From Dudresnaya verticillata (taxonomy: Eukaryota): a stretch of 64,000 bases of DNA. Below the pieces are notes generated by a model. The model ran no database searches, was not told the origin of the DNA, and saw nothing but the letters and a program-made list of their open reading frames with translations. A program made the translations under genes and the position numbers. Numbering within the stretch: position 1 is the first letter of the stretch; each line of letters starts with the position of its first letter. This document shows, one piece after another, positions 26,101 to 36,358 of the stretch. Location: positions 1,984,001-2,048,000 of the forward strand of contig OZ374558.1 of NCBI GenBank assembly GCA_977862235.1, read 5' to 3'.

Positions 26101-28552
26101 CTCAAGAGCCAGGGCCCTTATGCGATGCGAGGGGTTCATACTGTTATACTCTCACGCTGCGCGTAGCTTATGAGGCCTTCCGTGATCAGTCAAGACTCAC
26201 ATGGTCTCATCTTTTGTAGCACGTCAATGCATTGTTCATGTGGACAGTTTTCAAATGGACATTGTTCACATGGAAATAGGGGCAGGGCTTCTACCATCCA
26301 AATACACCGCTAATATTGGAACCCCATTGTTCCATCTCTTTCAAGATTGCATAGTCCTATCCATCTCATCGACCTCAGCGACCTGAAGAACGTAAATATT
26401 GTGTTGCATCGATTAGAGGTCCTCGTTTCAATATTATTTCAATTCGTGACCCGCTCTGTGCACACCCACATACCTCAGGATATAGCCAACTTTCAAACAT
26501 AGATATTGGATATCACAATACCACTTACTAATACTTTCATGCCCCATTGCGCCGACCACGTGCCAGGGTGCCAATTGCCAAAGGTCAAACATACAATAGC
26601 TGCAGCTGGCGGACGATCTGAGTTAAACAAGGCACGTAACTGCATGACGAACTGGCGACGTTGCTGTCTCCTGAGCCCTACGCCCACTACGTTCTACGGT
26701 TGCGCGAGGATGGCCCCAGCCGGATGAATAGCGATACGCTTCGGGAGTTGCTCTACATCCAAATCTTCTAGGATCTAGACCACCTCTGAACCGACGCTGA
26801 GAGTCATATGCAGAAACGCGCTCCATGTTGCAGATCGCGCAGATCCCGCACTCGGCCAAGAGAGCGGAATCTTAAGTATGGCACAACGTGTGAACGCATG
26901 ACGGCGACGGCGATGTTATATTGAGAATCGAACGGATCCCGTTTTCCGCTTGTGGCACAGTGCTCTCCGCAATGTTGCAGCGAAGAATGTGCTGCCGGAT
27001 ATCTTTCGAAAACGGAGTAGTTTTGTGGACCTTTCCGGCAGCGTCACAATTTCCTAAGACACGGCCAAAAGTAAATCAGAAATTCGTCTTGTACCCTGTT
27101 CTAGCACATCATGTAAGTTTGGGGACGGTGCAGTGCCGCAAGCTGGAAACATGACGAGCGGCGCATTGCGTGAGCGAAAATGTGAGCATTGTCGGGACGT
27201 GCGAGATGAGACGAGCCTCGCATGACCGCGCCGCCAGTACCTTCGAAGGTACACCGCACCTCAACGGGATGCTTTCCTGAGATATGCAAGCCTTGTCGTC
27301 CTTATCGCGTTGAAGGCCCACAGTGGCATTCACATGCAGTCCAGTTTTCAACCTGTCTAATAGGCACTGTCAGGTCGTTCACAGAGCAAGGAGCCACCAT
27401 GAAGATGGAACAGTGTGTGAGAACGTCGCCCTGCATGATTCAAACCACCCATAGTTCGTGAAAGAGCACGAGCGTGGCAACGTATAGAAGGAGGGGCGTT
27501 GGGCCTTCGCCAAGGTGGTGATGAATCGAACGCTACGCTTTGACTCTACCGCAGAGCCCCAAGAATATTCTTCGGTATGTTTTTCTGGTGCACGTTGTAT
27601 TCCAAACGTACCAAAACCCGAACACTGCCGTTCGCATTATCCTTGATAGGAAATCCCGGCGACCTGGAGGTGAGCAGGTTGGTTGACACAGCTGAGGATC
27701 GAGCAGGTTGAAATGTGTTTCGCTCAAAGAAGACCGGTACAAGCAGCCTTCAAAGACCGGTTTTGTTCCGGGAAGCGGCAGCGGTTCTGGACGGCGTGAC
27801 CTTTGTTACATATTAAAGGCCGTCCCCTCTTCAACCTTGTACGGTCGGCGTGTAGTGGGTCATACAACCACATCTCTATGTCGACGTTGCTCACCGAATG
27901 CCTTCTTCATCATTCGAACACCATAGCCGTACAGAGCTTTGCACGAGCCGTCGAAACAGAATTGCACGGATCGCCTGTCGAAGAATCAAGAACGGCACCT
28001 ACTTCGAATTCCATTCCTTCTGTCTATATCAACTGAACCTCACTAGTCGACATGAAAGTATCGGTAACATATGTTTTTCTGATTGCTTTCCATATCTTAA
28101 TGACGCCGGACAACGGTCTAGTACAGTTAGAGTTAGACTTTCTGCATCGTTCCTTCCTCCTGAATTCTGTAACAGAGTGTTTGCCAATCGTGGAATGGGC
28201 CTGGTCCTCCGAACCTGCTGGAGATCCCTACAAAACCTAAATAAAGCTCTACTAATATCAACGCAATGTGGCTGAGCAAGCTGTTAAAGAGTCCACCCTT
28301 CCGCTGCCGAAACACCCCCGACCACTGATGGGCTTCCTACTGCCATGATGAACACAAAAGAATAAAGCTGTGCTACTTGAGTGAGTGCGTTGGGCCACAG
28401 CCCCGCGCTACTGGCGTCAACTGATCAGTCTATTCTCAAGATATCTACGATTTCCGGCGGGGAATTCGGCTGTAGATGCCGAAACACATACACCCAAAGC
28501 TTTGGTTGAGTACATTCTAATATCACTACGCTTTGCACAATTTTGGTAGCGT
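23164..28552. repeat. Module M copies 3 and 4, head-to-tail (period ~2,682 bp)
   Basis: ORFs at 23824/26506 and 24540/27222 are offset by 2,682. Confidence 0.9.
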
Positions 28553-29693
28553 GGCAGCATAACTAAGAAGCAGATGCGGGAGGAGCTCAACAATTAACAT
28601 TGTAGCACTAATCGACTATAGATTAACTTGTCTCACCCCGTTTCGCTTCTCCCTGTTGTGAACACTCTTGTGGATATCTGCTTATGTTTGTTTTGTAAAT
28701 CTCACTGTGTTTGGAGCGCTAGCTGCTCTCGATCTCGTGTAGATCGCTTTACTCTTCTGTTGCCACTGGGAGCGCGGCCACTACCTCTGCGATCGGTGTG
28801 AGGACGAATCCCAGATGTTTGGTTGAGAACGAATGGTTTATGAATGGTCTATGACGCTTGCGTTGAGAGGGTTGGAGGTGGGCGGCATGCTCGCTCAAAA
28901 GTTCACGCTTCGTGTTAAAGCTTCGCTGGGTAAGGAGAGGGGGTTGGGGACGGCGATTGGGAAGGTTCGTAAATGCCACCTCACTGCGAGCTTCCGCTCG
29001 CGGTTATCGGCAAGTCGGAGGGTGGAAGGCAGGGTATGCCTGGACAATACGGGTGCGCTTCGCGGGCCTGCCAGGGACGTTTACCATTCGGCTCAGATGG
29101 AGGCTGGAATGTCGGCATAGCGTGAGGGGCAGCGGAGGTATTCCTGGAGTATCGATAAGGGGAGCATATGGACAGCGTTGCGTTGATTGTTTGCTGTGTG
29201 TGCCGGCAGGCAGGCGGCAGTGGGCTTGCGCGAGCGCGCGAGTTTCCGCAGTCCTGCGGATAGCTTGTGTTGGATGGATACCGCGGTTTGCCCTTTGCCT
29301 CGGGGACCGGAAGGCTGGATCGTGGACAAACGCCTTTTTTTACGGCTAGCTCAGGCCAGGGCATTGGATGACTTGGAGTTCTGCAGAGTATCAGAAACTG
29401 GCGCGAAAAGTTTGCCGTGGAAACTCGAGAACAAATTCGTCGGCCGCTTCCAGTCTTGACGAAACGCCCGCATGCCGGGAAAGTCTCTTAACACGTTTAT
29501 GGACCTTTCCGCCCATCTGCGTTGCTTTTCCGCACCCCTGCTACATCAACCTGCTACATTCGCCCACCGTTTTCTCTCTCACAGACCTCCTCTCCCTTTC
29601 CACGCAGCCTCCGCTCGAGTCGCACGTCAGTTGGCGTATCAACCCATCGGTCCCAAACTGTTCCCAGCCTGCAACCAAACCACCGCCGACAAG

Positions 29694-30581
29694 ATGAACT
29701 CCCTTGCAAAGGCCGGCCCTGGTCACCCGCAAACAACTGCGATCACCGGGCCTGGACCAAAGCCTCAGCAACGCCGTTCCGCCAAGCCCAAGAAGGAGAC
29801 CTCGTATCTCGACAAAAGGGCATCGAGCAAGGTCTGTTCAGGCCAAACGGAGCTCACAGCACGGGTGCCCGCTGCGCTTGAGCATTCTGATGCATCACGT
29901 GCTCAGAAGGATAGTGTGGCCAGTAATGAGGGCGGCAAACTTCAGCAAAAGCGTCGCTCTTGTAGAGAGGCATACAAACTTGTGGGCTTCCGTCTACCCG
30001 AGAAACGACTTCCGATGCCTGATCCGCTCCCTCTCAAGCCCGTTGTGCGTTTCGCAAAGCCCAGCAGCAAAATTCTGTGGTCCGTGATTCGAGACGACGA
30101 GTGCAAGTTGGAGGAGTTGTTCAAGCGACTTTCCAACCGTCCAGTCTACAACCCCGAAGCGCAAAGGCAGGTTCTCGACATCAGTAAGAAATGCTTCGAC
30201 GCTGTGTCCCAACGCCGTGAAGTTATCAAAGGGGAGCTTAAGGCGTACCAAGAGAAGCTCGGGGTTGTCTGCGATCGGGAGACGAACGCAAACACAAGCG
30301 GTAACAAGAAGAGCTCGAATTCGTGGCAGGTAGTCGAGGAGCGATCATCTGCCACGAAAACCAAGAGGATCGAAGAGGACATTGGGCATCTCCAGAGGAT
30401 TCTCCGGGAACAGGACGGATTGTACCACTCCATTCGATACCAGCGTTGGGATGTAAAGCGCGAGATTGGAGTCGTTAAGAGAAGAATTTGGGATGCTTGC
30501 AAGAGGCATTGGAAAGCTCAAAATGCCTGGTTTCTCAATGAAAGGATCTTCAGCGCTCAGAGAAGCATGGGGAAGAAGTGA
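29694..30581 (+). CDS. Hypothetical basic, coiled-coil-rich protein, copy 3 (diverged)
   Basis: Same length as copies 1 and 2, with 12 amino-acid differences by hand count. Confidence 0.5.
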   Translation: MNSLAKAGPGHPQTTAITGPGPKPQQRRSAKPKKETSYLDKRASSKVCSGQTELTARVPAALEHSDASRAQKDSVASNEGGKLQQKRRSCREAYKLVGFRLPEKRLPMPDPLPLKPVVRFAKPSSKILWSVIRDDECKLEELFKRLSNRPVYNPEAQRQVLDISKKCFDAVSQRREVIKGELKAYQEKLGVVCDRETNANTSGNKKSSNSWQVVEERSSATKTKRIEEDIGHLQRILREQDGLYHSIRYQRWDVKREIGVVKRRIWDACKRHWKAQNAWFLNERIFSAQRSMGKK

Positions 30582-32306
30582 TGGCTTCGTTGTTGACCTC
30601 GAAGATACTAAGCGGTTTAACAGTGGTATCTGGATCAAGTCTCCAGTCGCCACCGGGATATTATCCGGCACTTGGTGAGAAAGTTTGGATACTGTTTGTT
30701 TGTAGTACTACGCCATCAGGTTGCTCTTGTGATTCCTTTCGTCGAAGCAGACGCACTCAAAACCAGCATGATTAAACTAATACTAAGGTACCACTCCTGT
30801 CGGTATCCGCTCTAAATCTCGAGCGGCACGTTACCCATGCCCATATACTAACGAACTCGGCAGTCTTTCCCCTCCAGTAATACCCGCAACCGCTCCTACC
30901 CGCTCGGAGCACAACACTGCCGAACGCCGGCGTGACCTCCGTCATCTCCGCCGCTCATCATTTCTATCTACTGAGGCTAAGCGCGACCAACTATGCATGG
31001 AAGCCTATTTTGACGATCCAGCCTTTGCAAATCGCGCCTGTCTCAAGGCTTTGAAGTCTCTATGGCCAGTCTCCGTTCTCTCCACCTTCGCTCAGCTCGC
31101 TCCTCCCTAGGGCGCTATTGCGTTACGGGAAAAGGCGAAACGCATACACTATCGCCGGTTATGTCCCCACAATGACATCGACTTTCATCCTATGGCCATG
31201 GATACCTACGCCTTCATGTTCTCTGATATTCGACTGTCGTGCCCAACGGATCGCCAACTTCATGGTGGCCAAAAAGGGTACTTCTCTGATGAATAAAGTT
31301 AACTTTGGCCTCGTTCGTTCATCGATTTCAAGTCTTCCACGACGGAAACCGCAAACCGTAAGGCGTAAACCGTAAGGCGCAAACCGTAAACATAGACTGT
31401 TCACAAGAGAGCGAGGGCTTTCAGACCGTATCTTGGTTTTGAGACGACCTTTTGGAGAAGGTTGTCCACGCTGTAGCACCATCAATCTTCGTCGTGCTAG
31501 GGGCTGTCTGGGCGTCGTGTGCACAGACAAGAATGCTACGAGAGGCTATGCGCAAGGCCACTTTTCTGTTTGTAGCACAGCGGACAGCGGACATTGCGCA
31601 AAGAAGGATAAAAGTACGTAATTTGCATACAGTGGCACATCAACGCTTTACGTATCTGGTACCGTCGCCGTACCGTGGTGGTCCCGTCATGGTCCCGTCA
31701 TGGCCCCGTCATGGTACCGCCATGGTACCTTCGTCTTCGCGCCATGGTACCTTCGTCGTCCCGTCGTCGTCCCATCGTCGTCCCGTCGTCGTCCCGTCGT
31801 CGTCCCGTCGTCGTCCCGTCGTCGTCCCGGTAAGTTTGCTACAGGACACAGCAGGTTCTACAGCGTCTTACAAGAATTCAAGGCGCAAATGACGGCTCAG
31901 CTGATGGAACAGCTGACGACGCAGCTAATGGTGCAGCTGATGGCACAGCTGAAGACGCAGCTGACGACGCCAGCAGCTGACGGCGCACCGTTAATCGCCA
32001 TTTCCGATTACATTTCTACGTCCGCTGGCTGGTTGCATCGAGCGACTGTAACAGAACCTGCACAAACGGAGCTTTCATCGCTTTGCGCATCACGACCAAT
32101 GCGTACAGCTCTAATTGCACGCTTCGTCGAACTGTGAAGGCCGTGTTTACCATATGTGTATAATTGTTCAACGCAGATAAACGGAAGTAGAACGGATCCG
32201 TTTCGATTTTCTACTGCTGTTGGCGACCTAACACGAGCAGCTTTGCTCGCAGCAACGCGTGTAACGCGAATGTGTTCATCCAGGACGCTGACTGTCGCTG
32301 TGCCAT

Positions 32307-32326
32307 TTAATAAAGGTCTCCTCCTC
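32307..32326 (+). mobile_element. 20-bp micro-insertion of the CRE-like 3' terminus with 9-bp TSD
   Basis: ctgtgccat-ttaataaaggtctcctcctc-ctgtgccat. The paralogous site near 50636 (ttgtgcaatgttgctacgg) lacks it. Confidence 0.75.
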
Positions 32327-33688
32327 CTGTGCCATGTTGCTACGGAAATGCCACCATTTTAGTCGCCACGCACTGCGCCAGTCGTCGCCAGTCAATCGCG
32401 CCGCAATCACACTACCGTCAAAGCATAGAAAGCAGAGAAAGCATAGTACCGTTGCGAGCCGCCTGACCAGTGCTCTTCGCAGCAAGCGCTATCGCAGCCC
32501 CTTCTGGTTACCGACGCCCCCGACGCGTACGAACAATGCGCAAATCCGTTGCTGGCATGACACGTTAAGTGACAACCATATGTGAACACAGTCGCTACTG
32601 ACTGTTATTGAATTTGGGAATGCTGCACATTGGCAACAGCATCCAATGATGGATCAAACGTTTTGGCCTCGTTCGTTCATCGAGTTCAAGTCTTCCACGA
32701 CGTAAACCGCAAACAGTAAACCGTAAACCGTAAACCGTAAACATAGAATGTTCACAACAGAGAGCGATTGCCTTTCAGACCGGATCTTGCTTTGAGACGA
32801 CCTTTTGGAGAAGGTTGTCCACGCTGTAGCACCATCAATCTTCGTCGTGCTAGGGGCTGTCTGGGCGTGGTGTGCAAAGACAAGAATGCTTCGACAGGCC
32901 ATGCGCAAGGCCACTTTTCTGTTTGTAGCACAGCGGACAGCGGACATTGCGCAAAGAAGGATAAAAGTACGTAATTTGCATACAGTGGCACATCAACGCT
33001 TTACGTATCTGGTACCGTCGCCGTACCGTGGTGGTCCCGTCATGGTCCCGTCATGGCCCCGTCATGGTACCGCCATGGTACCTTCGTCTTCGCGCCATGG
33101 TACCTTCGTCGTCCCGTCGTCGTCCCATCGTCGTCCCGTCGTCGTCCCGTCGTCGTCCCGTCGTCGTCCCATCGTCGTCCCGTCGTCGCCCCGTCGTCGC
33201 CCCGTCGTCGCCCCGTCGTCGCCCCGTCGTCGACGCGTCGTCGTCTCGTCGTCGTTCAATCGTCGTCCACTCGTCGTCCAGTCGGCAGTGATGGCCATGG
33301 CGGCGTTTTACAGCGTTAACGGCGACGAGAACTCTGAATGTTTCTCTTCTCTGACACCGGCATGCCTGAGAGTGCCTCAATGGAGTGGAAAGAGCCTCGA
33401 AAAGACGAAATGGCGTGCGTCCTGGCACCGAAACGGCCCGGCGTCTAGGCCCGTCGATGTCCAGACGTTCTGTGTGTACTTGAGCGTACTCGACCCGACC
33501 GACTTCAACCGACTGTGTATCCCATCAGCCACCACGATGAACACGTCCGCTCAACCACCTGGGATCTAGCACTGGAACAGGCTGCGGCAGGTTGTACAGC
33601 GTGTTACAAGCGTTGACTGCGCAATTGACAGCGCAGCTGATGGCACAGCTGATGGCAACGCTGGCGACGCATCTGACGGCGCTCTTGC

Positions 33689-36358
33689 CACTACACTCTG
33701 CACAACTTGGTAACGTCACCAAGGCGATGAAGCACACATCTCGGGTTCTCTATGTGAGGTTTCGTCACTTCTCCGGTGTCACAAGATGGAACTGGCAAAA
33801 TATCTTTGCAATGTTGTGGAGTGAGCGTCTAGCTACCAAACTGCTGTGTATGCAAGAGCACTCTGTGTTGACTGGTACGCCTTAAACCTGCACGCGGTTC
33901 GTTCCCAAGGAATGCCAAACTCTGGTATCAGCACATTCTACAGCTCAAGAGCCGGGACCCTTATGCGATGCGAGGGGTTCATACTGTTATACTCTCACGC
34001 TGCGCTTAGCTTATGAGGCCTTCCGTGATCAGTCAAGACTCACATGGTCTCATTTGTTGTAGCGCGTCAATGCATTGTTCATGTGGCCAGTTTTAAAATG
34101 GACATTGTTCACATGGAAATAGGGGCAGGGCTTCTACCAGCCAAATACACCGCTAATATTGGAACCCCATTGTTCCATCTCTTTCAAGATTGCATAATCG
34201 TATCCATCTAATCGACCTCAGCGACCTGAAGAACGTAAATATTGTGTTGCATCGATTAGAGGTCCTCGTTTCAATATTATTTCAATTCGTGACCCGCTCT
34301 GTGCACACCCACATACCTCAGGATATAGCCAACTTTCAAACATAGATATTGGATATCACAATACCACTTACTAATACTTTCATGCCCCATTGCGCCGACC
34401 ACGTGCCAGGGCGCCAATTTCCAAAAGGTCAAGCATACAATAGCTGCAGCTGGCGGACGATCTGAGCTAAACAAGGCACGCAACTGCGCGACGAACTGGC
34501 GACGTTGCCGCCTCCTGAGCTCTACGCCCACTACGTTCTACGCTTGCGCGAGGATGGCCCCAGCCAGATGAATAGCGATACGCTTCGAGAGTGGCTCTAC
34601 ATACAAATCTTCTAGGATCTAGACCACCTCTGAACCGACGCTGAGAGTCATATGCAGAAACGCTCTCCAGGTTTGCAGATCGCGCAGATCCCGCACTCGG
34701 CCATGAGAGCGGAATCTTAAGTATGGAACAACGTGTGAACGCATGACGGCGACGGCGATGATATATTGAGAATCGAACGGATCCCGTTTTCCGCTTGTGG
34801 CACAGTGCTCTCCGCAATGTTGCAGCGAAGAATGTGCTGCCGTATATCTTTCGAAAACGGAGTAGTTTTGTGGACCTTTCCGGCAGCGTCACAATTTCCT
34901 AAGACACGGCCAAAAGTAAATCAGAAATTCGTCTTGTACCCTGTTCTAGCACATCATGTAAGTTTGGGGACGGTGCAGTGCCGCAAGCTGGAAACATGAC
35001 GAGCGGCGCATTGCGTGAGCGAAAATGTGAGCATTGCCGGGACGTGCGAGATGAGACGAGCCTCGCATGACCGCGCCGCCAGTACACCGCACCTCAACGG
35101 GATGCTTTCCTGAGATATGCAAGTCTTGTCGTCCTTATCGCGTTGAAGGACCACAGTGGCATTCACATGCAGTCCAGTTTTCAACCTGTCTAATAGGCAC
35201 TGTCATTCCGTTCATGGAGCAAGGAGCCACCATGAAGATGGAACAGTGTGTGAGAACGTCGCCCTGCATGATTCAAACCACCCATAGTTCGTGAAAGAGC
35301 ACGAGCGTGGCAACTTATTGAAGGAGGGGCGTTGGGTCTTCGCCAAGGTGGTGATGAATCGAACGCTACGCTGTGACTCTACCGCAGAGCCCCAAGAATA
35401 TTCTTCGGTATGTTTTTCTGGTGCACGTTGTATTCCAAACGTACCAAAACCCGAACACTGCCGTTCGCATTATCCTTGATAGGAAATCCCGGCGACCTGG
35501 AGGTGAGCAGGTTGGTTGACACAGCTGAGGATCGAGCAGGTTGAAATGTGTTTCACTCAAAGAAGACCGGTACAAGCAGCCTTCAAAGACCGGTTTTGTT
35601 CCGGGAAGCGGCAGCGGTTCTGGACGGCGTGACCGATATTACAGGCCGTTCCCTCTTCACCCTTGTACGATCGGCGTGTAGTGGGTAATACAACCACATC
35701 TCTATGTCGGCGTTGCACACCGAACACCTTCTTCATCATTCCAACACCATAGCCGTATACAGCTTTGCACGAGCCGTCGAAACAGAATTGCACGGATCGC
35801 CTGTCGAACAATCAAGAACGGCACCTACTTCGAATTCCATTCCTTCTGTCTATATCAACTGAACCTCACTAGTCGACATGAAAGTATCGGTAACATATGT
35901 TTTTTTGATTGCTCTCCATATCTTAATGACGCCGGACAACGGTCTAGTACAGTTAGAGTTAGACTTTCTGCATCGTTCCTTCCTCCTGAATTCTGTAACA
36001 GAGTGTTTTGCCAATCGTGGAATGGGCATGCTTGATCCTCCGAACCTGCTGGAGATCCTACAAAACCTAAATAAACCTCTACCAATATCAACGCAATGTA
36101 GTTGAGCAAGCTGTTAAAGAGTCCACCCTTCCGCAGCCGAAACACCCCCGACCACTGATGGGCTTGCTACTGCGATAACGAACACAAAAGAATAAAGCTG
36201 TGCTACTTGAGTGAGTGCGTTGGTTCACAGCCCCGCGCTACTGGCGTCAACTGATCAGTCTATTCTCAAGATATCTACGGTTTCCGGTGGGGAATTCGGC
36301 TGTAGATGCCGAAACACATACACCCAAAGCTTTGGTTGAGTACATTCTAATATCACTA
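33689..36358. repeat. Module M copy 5
   Basis: Full-length homologue of copies 3 and 4 with small indels. Confidence 0.9.

Larger units (their letters stand above)
13661..28552. repeat. Large tandem segmental duplication, unit 2
   Basis: Same gene order as unit 1, with one RLE fragment rather than two and two uninterrupted M copies. Confidence 0.95.

Noticed and set aside
31433..31621. CPRC..GC..VC peptide in module B resembling an IBR/RING2 fragment
   Set aside because: Too short, lacks the remaining ligands, and is interrupted in other copies.
32805..33569. 254-aa ORF and related VVPSSSRRRP ORFs in module B
   Set aside because: Open only because the (cgt)n minisatellite lacks stops; length and frame differ among copies.
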